Shown: positions 24,781 to 35,800 of the stretch, piece after piece | Layout: each line of letters starts with the position of its first letter | Numbering within the stretch: the first letter of the stretch is position 1 | Source: a virus | Strand: one strand, 5' to 3' | IMG/VR virus record: IMGVR_UViG_3300047160_027173 | Span: 66,240 to 130,239 of that record | DNA: 64,000 bases | The notes under the pieces: generated by a model | Told to the model about the DNA's origin: nothing | Databases searched by the model: none | Seen by the model: only the letters and a program-made list of their open reading frames with translations | Position numbers and translations under genes: made by a program

Positions 24781-26051
24781 TCTACGCCAGTCGTGCCCTG
24801 GCCGTAGCTGCCGACGCCACTGTCGTAGTTGCCGGTGCCGTCCGAGCTGGCACGCTTCTGGGGGTGCTCGCTCTTCTTGACCGCGGATCCCACGCCGGGG
24901 CACGGGTGACGGCCAGCGCCGGGGGCCTGGTAGGTGTGCATGGGGAACTTCTCGCCCGGAGCCAGCTTGAAGTTGGCCTCGCAGTGCTCGCAGGTCTCGT
25001 ACTTGGCCTTGGGCTTCGGCTCTTCCTTCTGCACGTCGTGACTATGGGCGCCTTCACCGGCGTCAGGACGATTGTTGGCCGGAGCCTCGGGGGTCTGGGG
25101 CTTGGCCTGGTCCTGGCCGCTGAAGCCGTGGTCCATGGTCTCGACCTTGCGGACGCTAGGAACCGGGTAGCCCTGGGTGAGGAAGTGGCGGGCCAGGCCG
25201 TCGCTGACGTGGCCGAGGTCTTCGCTGTTGTCCAGGGCCCTGCCGCCGTGCTCCAGCAGGCCTTCCTGAACGACGGCCTGGGGAATCCGGAAGCGCTTGC
25301 TGAGGCCGTCGCTGACGGCACCGAAGTCACCGGCGTTGTCCAGAGCCCGGCCGCCGTGATTGTTGGCCAGGTGGTGGCGGATCTCCGCGGACCAGTTCTG
25401 GTAGGCGGGCGGCTTGCCACCCTTGAGGCTGGCGTACTTGGCACCGGTCCTCTGCATCTCGGCCATGATGGCCTTGGGGTCCTTGCTGGCGATACCGGCC
25501 ATGGTGTCGCCCATGGACTGGGGCTTCTGGAAGGGGCGGCTGGCGGCAGCGATACGGCTGACGTCGGCATCAGCGCCGAGGTCCTTGCCGGGAGCTACGC
25601 GCTCGCTGGGGAACCTGAGCAGGTCACCCTTGGCCAGCTCGGCCTTGGCGACGGCGTCCTGGTGGTCGTGGACGAGGAGGCCGTCACCCTTGTGGGCGCG
25701 GAACTTGTAGTGCTTCTGGGCGTTGGCGTCCAGGCGGCTGCTGACGGCGGAGTCGATGCCCGCCATGGGGTCCTTGCCAGCAGCGCGGGTGTGGAGATCG
25801 TACATGACGCCGTGCTTGTGGGCGGCCTCGTGGTCACCGACGGCCAGGGCGGCCTTCATGCCGGCGAAGTGGTGGGCGCGGGCGTCCTCGTGGTGGCCCT
25901 GGCGGTACTCGCGATAGGCGCGCTCCTCGGCGGCGCCACGCTCCAGACCGTCCCGGAACTCCTTGACGGCGGCGTTGTTCTCCAGGACCTGTCCGTCCTG
26001 AGCGTTGAGGAGCTTGCGGCCCTTCCAGAGATCGTTGTGCTTGTCAGCCAT
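24777..26051 (-). CDS. Putative head-internal protein with xxK[AS] motifs
   Basis: MADKHND...; VAKAELAKGD, VKKSE; HGGRALDN repeat twice. Confidence 0.6.
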   Translation of the reverse strand: MADKHNDLWKGRKLLNAQDGQVLENNAAVKEFRDGLERGAAEERAYREYRQGHHEDARAHHFAGMKAALAVGDHEAAHKHGVMYDLHTRAAGKDPMAGIDSAVSSRLDANAQKHYKFRAHKGDGLLVHDHQDAVAKAELAKGDLLRFPSERVAPGKDLGADADVSRIAAASRPFQKPQSMGDTMAGIASKDPKAIMAEMQRTGAKYASLKGGKPPAYQNWSAEIRHHLANNHGGRALDNAGDFGAVSDGLSKRFRIPQAVVQEGLLEHGGRALDNSEDLGHVSDGLARHFLTQGYPVPSVRKVETMDHGFSGQDQAKPQTPEAPANNRPDAGEGAHSHDVQKEEPKPKAKYETCEHCEANFKLAPGEKFPMHTYQAPGAGRHPCPGVGSAVKKSEHPQKRASSDGTGNYDSGVGSYGQGTTGVD

Positions 26052-27333
26052 GGAGGGCATCCCTCTTAAAGTTCAAGATTAGAGCCCGGGCCTCGTCGGG
26101 GTCGATGTCGTCGGCGAAGTCCAGGACGAAGCCGTCCCGGTAGGCACTGGTGGTGATGGACTTGGCCAGACTGGCGAAGCACATGCAGCCCCGGAACCTC
26201 GTGCCCTGGAACTGACGGCCGCCGCAGCGCTTGCACGCCACCTGGGCCTCGGACTTGTTCAGACCCAGGCTCGGCAGGCGACGCTTCTGCTGCTTCTTGG
26301 ACTGGAAGCCCATCGGGCCACGGGGGCCTTCCGGAGCCTGAGGCGGGGCTGGCTGGCCCGGGCCTTCCTGGCCACCGGCCTTGTCCATGCTCTGCTCGCC
26401 CTTGCCGAAGGGACGGTTGGGCTGGGCCCAGAGAGCTGAGCCCTCGTCGGTCTGGATGCTGCCGGGGTTGATCTTCTTGCCCAGGACTCGCTCGGCGTGC
26501 TGGTACATGGCCGTGGCCAGACCCCGCCTGCGGTGGTCCTCGTCGACGACGACGTAGCCCGGCTTGAGGACGTTGCCGGTGTTGGCGCCGTGGATGAGCT
26601 TGGCGATGCCGACCTGCTGGCCGTTGGGGCCGTGCGCGGTGACGGTCAGGCTGCTCAGGCCGGGAGCGTCGTGCTGCTCATGACTGATGCGGTAGCCAGC
26701 GCCTGGGTCCAGCTCCTTCTTCGAGAGGTCCTTGCGGAAGCTGCCGCCCCACATGGTCTGTTGCCGGTCGGCGTGGTCGGCAGCGTCACGGAGTCGACCG
26801 AAACCTGCCTTGACCACGCCCCCTGACTTGGCGACGACCGCGTAGCCATCTTCAGACTTCTCCACGCGGTAGTGGCCGTGCTCAGACACGACCTGGGGGC
26901 CCAGCCGTGACTTGCGAAGCTCCTGGACCTCGATCTGGGTCCGGAGCAGAGAATCGACGTGCTTGCCGAGGACCGATACGACCTGGTCTCGGAGCCTGGC
27001 GTCGGCGGCCTGAACCTGCAGGCCGAGGGCCGTGGCCACGGTGGCCGCCATCTGGCTCAGGCTGCTGCCGTGGAAGTCCAGGAGGCCGTCGACGTCGGGT
27101 AGACTCACGGAGCCCGTGAAGGTGTCCTGCTCGGTCTTCTTGAAGACGAGGTAGCTGTTGTCGCAGCCCGGAATCGAGCCCTCGAACTGCTCCTGCATGG
27201 ACAGCCATCCCAGGATAGCCCTGGGTAGAAGGATGGGCTCCAGGAACTCGTCCCGCCGGCAAGCCTTGCGGAGCGCATCTGCGCCCTGCTGCCCGAGGGT
27301 GATCGTCAAGAAGTCTGGAGCCTGGTGCGCCAT
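26044..27333 (-). CDS. Virion polyprotein with GNAT module
   Basis: VDEDHRRRGLATAMY (GNAT motif A); CAATCT 8 nt upstream. Confidence 0.7.
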   Translation of the reverse strand: MAHQAPDFLTITLGQQGADALRKACRRDEFLEPILLPRAILGWLSMQEQFEGSIPGCDNSYLVFKKTEQDTFTGSVSLPDVDGLLDFHGSSLSQMAATVATALGLQVQAADARLRDQVVSVLGKHVDSLLRTQIEVQELRKSRLGPQVVSEHGHYRVEKSEDGYAVVAKSGGVVKAGFGRLRDAADHADRQQTMWGGSFRKDLSKKELDPGAGYRISHEQHDAPGLSSLTVTAHGPNGQQVGIAKLIHGANTGNVLKPGYVVVDEDHRRRGLATAMYQHAERVLGKKINPGSIQTDEGSALWAQPNRPFGKGEQSMDKAGGQEGPGQPAPPQAPEGPRGPMGFQSKKQQKRRLPSLGLNKSEAQVACKRCGGRQFQGTRFRGCMCFASLAKSITTSAYRDGFVLDFADDIDPDEARALILNFKRDALHG

Positions 27334-27339
27334 CGGGTC

Positions 27340-27690
27340 CTAGATTGACCTGGGGAGGACGCTTTCCGGCACCGGCCAGTCAGTGAACAGCTCGTGGGCG
27401 ATGGCGTCCTGCTCCATGGGGATCTTGTCGTGGCTGAAACCGTGCGTGACGGCCTGCCAGAGGTACTTGCAGTAGAACTTGAGCGCGCCCCAGAGGCCTC
27501 CGCCCATGTCCAACCACTGCCGGACGTGCTGGGCCTCGTGCCTGCGGACGAAGCTGTAGCCGTAGGGGAAGCCAGCCGCGGGCGGCTTCAGCTCATCCTT
27601 CGACCAACGGTAGAAGATGCCGAACGGGGGCAGGGTGATGGCACCCATGCCGATGACCTTCGGGACCCAACTGCTGAAGTGCTCTTTCAT
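27340..27690 (-). CDS. Small zincin-like protein
   Basis: AITLPPFGIF...RHEAQHVRQW...PMEQDA. Confidence 0.6.
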   Translation of the reverse strand: MKEHFSSWVPKVIGMGAITLPPFGIFYRWSKDELKPPAAGFPYGYSFVRRHEAQHVRQWLDMGGGLWGALKFYCKYLWQAVTHGFSHDKIPMEQDAIAHELFTDWPVPESVLPRSI

Positions 27691-27693
27691 GCC

Positions 27694-28584
27694 TTACCTC
27701 GGTTCAAAGCTCGGGGCCTGCGGTGCGAAGTTCTGGCGCAGGGTCTCGGCGGGAGCCGTGCCACCGCCACGACGGATCTCGTCGGCGCTGCTGTGGTCAG
27801 GGCCGAGGTTCTGGCTGTCGAGGAAGAGGTACTCGCGGTTGAGGATGCACTGCTGGGGGCCGCGGACCAGTTCCCGCTGATCGTCGAGGGGCTCCTGGCT
27901 GACGCGGATCTCGTGCTGGTAGCGGGCGATGTACCAGAAGGGCCGGTACCGGTAGCGGACGCTGATGACGGCCTTGCCGCTACCCTCGTCAGGAACAGGC
28001 TGCCGGTCCGGCCTCCAGACGATCTGACCGTTGCTGTCCAGGTCAAAGTCCTGACCGCAGACATAGCTGACGCCGCGGAAGTCGATGAGGCGGTCGACGA
28101 AGACGGCCGGGAAGGCCAGACGGTCCTTGCCGTTGCCGCTGATGACGTGGGTCTGCCAGGTCGGGACGACGATGCTCTTCTCCGCCAGGTAGAAGCGGTC
28201 GAAGGGTGCGCCGTAGAACTGACGGTCGTCGGCCTTGCAGCTGTTCGGGTCGTAGTAGCGGGGAAAGGTCGCGAAGCAGCTGGCGCCGTTCACGTAGCCG
28301 ATGTCCTCCAGCTTCTGGTTTTTGCTGTTGCCACTCATCCAACCGGTGATGGTGCCGCGGTAAGTGAAGAGGAAGCCGTTAGAGCAGCCGCTGTGATCGT
28401 GGGTCGGGCGCCTGTTGTCGTTGGTGTCGACCATGCCGACTGGACACCTAAGAGATTCGTAGTGTTCGAGCTTTACGCCCTGGGAGTGGATGAACGCATC
28501 GAAGGCCTCGTTGTCGAACGAGAGCGCCGAGTGCGGCATCTGGGTGATGATGGTCTCGTCTGAATCCCAGGCGCGATCAGCCAT
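27694..28584 (-). CDS. Putative head-completion/neck protein
   Basis: FDAFIHSQG...RCP...GCSNGF...DRFYL...ISVRY..P; resembles Herelleviridae-type neck proteins. Confidence 0.55.
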   Translation of the reverse strand: MADRAWDSDETIITQMPHSALSFDNEAFDAFIHSQGVKLEHYESLRCPVGMVDTNDNRRPTHDHSGCSNGFLFTYRGTITGWMSGNSKNQKLEDIGYVNGASCFATFPRYYDPNSCKADDRQFYGAPFDRFYLAEKSIVVPTWQTHVISGNGKDRLAFPAVFVDRLIDFRGVSYVCGQDFDLDSNGQIVWRPDRQPVPDEGSGKAVISVRYRYRPFWYIARYQHEIRVSQEPLDDQRELVRGPQQCILNREYLFLDSQNLGPDHSSADEIRRGGGTAPAETLRQNFAPQAPSFEPR

Positions 28585-28587
28585 GGC

Positions 28588-28899
28588 TTACCCCTGGCTT
28601 TCGAGGGCTCGGGCTCGGGCGGTCAGCTCTTCGGCGGCGGGGATCATGTCCTGGTACAGGCGAATGTCCCAGTGCTCGGACTTGCTCAGCTCGGTCCAGA
28701 CCACGTCGGGCTCGTACCTTTGGGCCATGTGCTTGGCGACGGCAACGTGATGAGCCATGCCCAGCGTCTCGTGGCCCATGCCCTTGGCGGCGGCGATGAT
28801 GTGCAGGCCACCCTTGAGGCGGACGTGCATCACCGGCCGACCCTTCAGGGTGCCGAGCTTGCGGGGCTGTCCCTCGACTTCCTTTCGATCAATCTGCAT
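28588..28899 (-). CDS. Late hypothetical protein
   Basis: CAATCT 8 nt upstream; ELSKSE motif. Confidence 0.6.
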   Translation of the reverse strand: MQIDRKEVEGQPRKLGTLKGRPVMHVRLKGGLHIIAAAKGMGHETLGMAHHVAVAKHMAQRYEPDVVWTELSKSEHWDIRLYQDMIPAAEELTARARALESQG

Positions 28900-28936
28900 C
28901 GTGGCCTAGATTGCCCCCAGCCGTTATCTACAGTTC

Positions 28937-29251
28937 ATGGCCGAACGGAGTCCAGCAGACAAACGCCTGGAGGACTTCCTCAACGCGAAGTCCATCGCCT
29001 GGCTCCGTAGCCGGGAGCACGGCGGCAAGGAGCGGGTGCTGTTCGGCTGCTTCTGCCCGGACATGGACATCGACGGCCCCTTCCTGACGATCAGCACGAA
29101 CCGGGACGGGACCCTGCGTCTGCTCAAGCACGGCCTGGGCGGCTACAAGCGGGACTCGTACTGGAACCATCACTGGGCGAAGGCCACCTTCAGGGACGCC
29201 GAGATGGGCATCCTCTGGGCCTGCCTGCGGTCGATGGGGTACTCGATTTAG
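28937..29251 (+). CDS. Hypothetical protein
   Basis: GTTATCT 7 nt upstream of the ATG. Confidence 0.55.
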   Translation: MAERSPADKRLEDFLNAKSIAWLRSREHGGKERVLFGCFCPDMDIDGPFLTISTNRDGTLRLLKHGLGGYKRDSYWNHHWAKATFRDAEMGILWACLRSMGYSI

Positions 29252-29790
29252 CGCGACACCAAACGGCGAGCCCAGGCCAGGAACTCCTCCACCGTCATCG
29301 ACGCTTTCGCGTTGTTGCAAGTCCGACAGGCCGGGACGCAGTTCTCCGGCGTGTATCCCTTCAGCGAATCCTGACGGTCGATACCGTTGTGGCGAATCTG
29401 GTCACGGTGCTTGATGGCCAGCATGCTGTCTGCAACGCCGCAGTAGTGACACGGCGACATGATCAGCTTCTTGAAGAGAGCCAGAGAGATCTTCCACGCC
29501 AACCCGCGCTTGCGTGCATTCGCTCGGTAGGAGCCCAGAACCTGGTTGGTGGCAGCCGTGCCTGCGGGCTTGCTCATCCGGGCTCGCGTCAGCTCGGACT
29601 TGAGACAGCCGCAGCTGTTGGAGTTCTTCAGGTTCGAGACCTGCACCCGACGCTCAGTGCCGCAGTCACAGCGACAGCTCCAGGTGTAGATGACCCAACC
29701 GCCCGGAGTGGTTTCGCTCTGTCGAGCGCCTAGAACAGTCCAACGCCCGAAGCGCTGTCCGGTCAAGTCTTTGTGCTTGTACTCTCTCAT
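29248..29790 (-). CDS. HNH homing endonuclease
   Basis: DLTGQRFGRWTV...CRCDCG...SCGC...CHYCG...NGIDRQDSLKGYTPENCVPAC..CN.AK. Confidence 0.85.
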   Translation of the reverse strand: MREYKHKDLTGQRFGRWTVLGARQSETTPGGWVIYTWSCRCDCGTERRVQVSNLKNSNSCGCLKSELTRARMSKPAGTAATNQVLGSYRANARKRGLAWKISLALFKKLIMSPCHYCGVADSMLAIKHRDQIRHNGIDRQDSLKGYTPENCVPACRTCNNAKASMTVEEFLAWARRLVSR

Positions 29791-29804
29791 ACCCCAGTAG
29801 ATTG

Positions 29805-32800
29805 CTACTGAGGATGAGCTTCCTTCCAAGCACGAAATCCACTGAGGCCTACCCAGAACTTGTTGACCTCGCGGCTGAGGTTCTCCACCCTGCCGACCTG
29901 AGACTTCAGCCATCCCAAGCGCTTCAGGCTGGGCTCAGCGCGAATGCCATACTTGCTCAAGACATCCACGAGAACCTTCGGGTCCAAGCTCTCCACCCAC
30001 TGCTGAAGGTCGTCATCCTCAGCCAGGTTCGCAGTCGGCATGACAGCCAGCCGCTCCTGGTTGGTCATCGTCTTCCAGCGCTTACCCGCGGTGGCGCGCA
30101 AGTAGAAGGGGATGAAGGAGCTGGCGTCGTGACTGGGATCAAAGGCATCACCGGCGAAGGTGCTGCCGTGGTCGATGAGCTTGACAGGGAAGCCATCTTC
30201 CTCGGTGCCCACCATCAGGTTATTGCCGTGGCGGTCTGGCGACCCCAAGACCATATCAAGCACCGCCCACTTGTAGAGCGTCCCCTCCGCCTTGAGCTTC
30301 TCGATGATGTTCTGGAGCTGGTGCGGGTTCTGGTCGCGGAGCTTCTCCATGTTCATCCAGTCCAGGGGCAGCAGCTCCATGACGGCGGTCTCCTGGCGGT
30401 CGACCTCCAGGACGTGGGTAACGGGCAGCCACTGGCCCAGACCCCAGGCGTCGGCGACCTCGTAGAAGGCACCTTCGCGGCTGCTCTGGCTGGCGGTCTC
30501 CTCGCGGACGCCAGCGGCGGGGCTGAGGTTGCCTGAGCCGGGCTTGAGGAGCCACTGCTTGCCGTCCTCGACGCGGACGATCTGCATGCCGCCGGTGTGC
30601 TTGCCCTTGAACTGAACCGGGCGGTCGTCGCCGCGGTCCATGGCTTCGACCAGCTCGTCGGCCAGGGGCTGGCTCCGGGGATCACGGGCGCTGACGGTGT
30701 GGTCACCCTCGCCCTTGTTCAGGCCTTCCTGGTTCTGGATCTCCACCAGGGCCCAGATTGCCTTCAGCGTGTCTGGGGTCGGCTCCAGACCGGCAGCCTT
30801 CAGGGCGGCCTCGGCTGGCTCCAGGTCCAGCGCCAGGGCCTGGCGGAAACGGTTCTCGTCGATGAGCTTGCCGCTGAGGAAGGCGGCGGCGCGGCACAGG
30901 GGACCGTGGATGGTGCTGGCACCGCCCTGGGCGGCAGCTACGGCCTGCATCTGGTCCTCGAACTTGTGCATGGGCTGCTCGGCCTTCATGGCGTAGTTGT
31001 AGTGGCCGCGGGCGTCGTCGAAGTCGGCCTCATCGTGGAACCTGGGGTCGACGTTGGTCTCGGCGCTGTACTTCATGCCGTGCTTGCGGGCCAGTGCCTC
31101 GTGGACGCCGTGGGCGGCCGTGCTGTGGTCCTCGCCGACGACGGTACGGGCGCCGTGCTTGTGATAGGCGTGCGTCATCAGGGCCTCGTACATGGCCAGG
31201 CCCAGGCCCTTGCGGCGGTGGTCATTGGCGAGGCGGGCGAACTCGATGCCGAGAAAAGGACCTACGCCACCACTGGGAAGGTTGCCGCTGTTCGTATGAC
31301 CCTCGACCTTGCCGACGGGTTCGTCGTACTGCTGAATGGGAGCACGTCCCTTGAAGAGGCGAACCTTGTGGTCGGCATAGTACCAACCGTCGCTCTCTGG
31401 GTGAGCCCTGGTGCTGAGCACCATCCGGTAGTTCTTCCTCTCCGCGGCGGGCAGCAGGTGGCTGTAGTCGTGGTGAACCCAGGCGACGTTGCCGGGGACC
31501 ATCGTCTTCCGACCCGGCTTGAGGTCGGCGATGGCCATCTTCTCCAGGTCCTCGGACTTCTGGACGTCCTCGTGTGGGACGAACATGGCCTGAGGGTTTG
31601 CCAACAAAATGTTGCGGTTGTCTGCTCGGTAGACCTTGCGGGCCTTCACCGGCACTACCTGAAAACCCTTCGTGGCCAGGTCGGCCAGGAGCTTCTTCCC
31701 GAACCACTGTTCGGCGTGCTCCGGCTTCTCGAATCCGAAGCGGACGTTGGTATCCGGGAAAACCGGCTCCATGACGCCACCGACTTCAGAGAACGCCTGC
31801 TGGGGGACTGGTCTCGATTGGCGGTCGCCGAATCTACGAGGTTTGCGGAAGCTGTTCGGCAGCACATCGGCCTCGTAGGGTCCTCTGCCCCTGGAGTCCT
31901 GAACCCTGTAGACCACCATCGGCTTCTCGGCGCTGTCGTGGACAAGAGCCATCTTCTCCAGGCTCTCGGACTTCCCGAACTGAGTGTTCCCAGCCCAAAG
32001 GGCTTCACCCTCGGGAGTGCGGTTACTACTCGGGACCATCTTGCGTCCGGTAACCTTCTCCGCGTGGGCATACATTGCGCTGGCCACGCCACGGCGCCGA
32101 TGCTCGGGCTCCACGCGCACGACCTCAGCGGTCATGAGACCACCAGGACTGTGATAGACACTCGCGCGACCAATCTGTCGTCCGCCGTGATGAGCGGTGA
32201 CGATGGTGCTAGGACGGTGACCCATCCACTCGGCGTTCTCGTCTCCGGGGAAGGACTCGTGGGCAAAGGTGTAGCCAGCGTCCGGGTCGAGAACAGTCTT
32301 GTCGAGGTCCTCGGACTTCTGGTAGGGCAGGTGGTAGTCGGCCCAGCTCCGCTGACGCTTGCTCTCGGCGAGAGCGTCGGGTACCTGGCCGCCCTTGCTG
32401 CGCTTGCCCGGCAGGGGCTTGTCGAGGTCGTAGCCGCCCTCGTCGAAGGGATAGCCCTGAGGGTCGACGATGCCGAAGCCGCCCAGGTGGCGCTCAAGCT
32501 CGGGCTCGATGCTGGGGCGCTTCTCAATCTTGCCGTCGACGTAGTCCATGAAGTCCAGGGCGCGCTGCTTCTTCCCGGCGTCCTTCATGCGCTGGATGCT
32601 CTGCATGCCCAGCTCACGCTGGTTGGGGATGGGCTGGTCCCAGTCGTGGACCTCGTCGGGGTTGTTCTCGTCGCCCTCGACCTTGTGGTACTCGTTCGAA
32701 GTCGGGTCCCAGGTCTTGTTGTAGACGCCCTTGATGCTGGCCGGGTCCCAGGTGATGTAGTGGCGGGCTCCCTGCGTGCCCTTCATGCCACTGAAGCGGT

Positions 32801-35800
32801 CGGCGTCGTGGACGATGCCGTCGTGGCCCATCTCCCTGGCCACCTCAGCGGCGAACTCGCCACCCATCAGGCGTCCCTCGTCATCGGTGACGTCGTTCAT
32901 GTTGACGCTGTCACGGAGGGTATCCATGACGTGGGAGGCGTGGGCTCCGCCACTCGCCATGTCATCGCCATGGTTGCTGTGGACGTCGTCCCAGATCTTT
33001 TTGCCGTCGGCGCCGTACATGGGCGCCACGCGGTGGATGGCATCGTGGAGGTCGACGCCGTTGCCGGTCTCGTTGCCGTCGTCGTCGACGTCAATTGAGA
33101 ACTGAGTACCACCTTCCTTGGTCAGCATCAGCGGGTTCTTCATCCGCAGATAGGCGGGAATCACCCGGGGCGCGGGACCGACGAGCTTCTGCTTGACCTG
33201 GCGCTTCAGCTCCCTGGCCTCTTGGGGAGACTCGGCCACGTGCTCGCTACGCTCGACCTCCTGCTGTACGCGGTTCTTGAGGTCCTGGCCGGTCCTGGTC
33301 GCGTAGTTCGCGTTGACGTCCTCGGCGCTGTCCGTGAAGTAGTGCCCGCCACCCCAGAAGTTCTCAGGGTTGGCCCTGCTCGCACCGAAGCGGGTGAAGT
33401 CGTGCGTGGTGCCGTGGTAGACACGGAGAGGGGCTCCGGTCTTGGGGTGGGTAATCTTGCTCTCACCAAACCAGTTCTTGAACTCGGGGCCACCGACTCC
33501 CATCGGGCTCGGGCCCTGCTGCCGGGGCTTGGGGGTGCGGACGGCCTTGGGACTGAAGGCCTTCTGCATGGCCTCCTTGACCTCGGAGATTTCCTCCCGC
33601 GGGTCCAGCCACTTCTCGCTGACCCGGCGGGAGTGAGCCATGAGCTGCTTGTAGGCCCGCTTCAGGGTGTTGTCGTGAATGCGGGCCTCGGTCTCGGTGT
33701 GGTCGGCGTGGTAGCGCTCGCGCTCCTTGGCCGAGTTCATGTAGTTGACCAGGGAAGCCAGCTTCTCTTCATCAAAGGCGCTGGGTGTGTTCTGCTTGTA
33801 CCAGTCACCGGCCTGGTGATGGTGGAAGCTCTCGATGGCGTGCAGGTGGCTCTTGGGCATGGCCTGCAGCAGGCGGCTGGCTAGGAGGGTACGGGCCTTG
33901 CGACCATACTTGCGCTCGACCAGGGAGAAGACTCCGTGCAGGTCCTCGTGCTGCAAGTTGCTACGGACCTCGTCAGGCGTCACCCGGGCCAGCTTCGGGC
34001 CCATGACCCCGGCCTGGTAGCTGTGCCCGGTGCGGATGCTCCAGCCGTGCATGGGCGGCGCACCGAGCTTGGTGGCGGCGTGCATCTGGCTGGCGTTGCT
34101 CTTGGCACGGTCGGCACGGGACTCAGCATCGAAGGCGACACCGTACACGGGATTGGCGTTGACCTGGTAACGCTCGTCGGCAGCGAACAGACGCCTGGCG
34201 CTGTTGTAGAGCTGCTTGGGGTCGTCGATGATCTCCGACTCGCGGCGGTTGGTGATCTTCAGCCGGGGGAAGCTCATCGGCGGACTGACCTTGCCCAGCT
34301 CCTCGCCTTCGTGCTTCTGCTGGAGAACAAACATCGGGTGATGCTCGGGGTTCTCGATGACAGAGGTCGGCTTCAGCTCCGGCGACTTGCCCGCGTGGGC
34401 CCAGTGCGGGCTCTTGAAGTTGCCGCGCTCGCCGAGCTGACCCTGATAGCCGGGGGTGGCGTGGAGCTTCGTCCAGCGCCTGGTGGCGTCGTCGCTGACT
34501 TCGCCGTCGCTGACCAGACCCCGGTGGTAGCGGAGCATGTTCTCGTAGAGGGCGTGGCCGTAGCCGTGACCACGGAGACCGGGGCTGGTGGCGCTGAAGT
34601 GGACCTGGGCGGCCTCGCCCTTGAGGGGAACCTTGACGCCGTGCTCTTCCTTCAGACGGTTGATGTCCTTGTGGGTGCCGACCGTGGCCGAGCTGACCAT
34701 GCCGCTCTGGTCGAAGGGGCTGGGCTTGGTGCTGATGACGTGCATCATCGGCGTGTAGCCCTCCTCCTCGAAGTGGGGCATGTGGTAGACGTGATGGTAG
34801 AGGCCGAGCTTGGGCTGGAAGGTCTCGATCTTCGTGAAGCGCGTGCCCGGGTGCGGGAGAGCAGGGAAGGCGCCGCCTGCGCTGGTGTTCACCCAGGCCT
34901 TGAGCATGTCCTCCTGGCTGGACTTCTGCAGGCCGAGGTCGCCGGACTTGAGGCTGGCAGCGGCCGAGCGCATCTTCTGGACGGCGCCACGAACCAGGGC
35001 CTGGAAGGCGTACTGGCGCTCGGGCGTGCGGAGCTTGAGGTGCTGGTGGACGGTCTTCCGGAACCAGGGGTCGCCGACGTAGTTCTGCGCGTAGCAGATC
35101 TTCTCCTCGGGGAGCACGTCCGGCGGGTAGTGGCCGTTGATGGACGGGTGGCTCATGATGGCGTTCAGAGCCGCGTGTTCCTTGTCGTTGAGCTGGGCGT
35201 GCAGGTGGCCGAGGACGTTCCTCCGGCCGAGGCCGCCGAACTCCTGGGCCAGACGCTTGAAGACGCCGTGCTGGGTCTCGTGACTGCGGGTGCCATGCCA
35301 GCCGCGGTGGTCGACGTTGTAGACGGCGCCGTAGCCCTTGTACTCGGGAGCGATGGGCTCGGGGCTGTTGGGCATCGTCGTGTAGCCCCAGGTGTAGCCA
35401 GCGTTGGTGTCCTTGTGAACCTGACCGCGGACGCGCAGGCGCTGGCTCATCTGCTCGGCCGTGCTCGGCATGGCCTCGACAGGGCTGGCCTGGCCGAGGC
35501 CGGGGAAGTGGATGTAGCCGATGCCGGTGCTGACGGCCTTCATCAGCTCCTCGCGGAGAGCGGGGCCAGTCAGCTGGTCGCCGACGATGTAGCTCTTCTG
35601 GGCCTCGGTGATGCGGGGATGGCCAGCGACGTGCTCGCGAAGCTCGGGGTCGTGGAGGACGGCGTCGAGGTGCTTCTCGGTGATGCCCGGGTGGCGGAGA
35701 GCGGTCTGCCTGGTGGCGAGGTCCGGGTGTTTGATGGCCTCGTGGAGAAGACCATCGGTCATGTCATCGTGGAGGACGGCCATCTCCCGGACGCGGGGGT

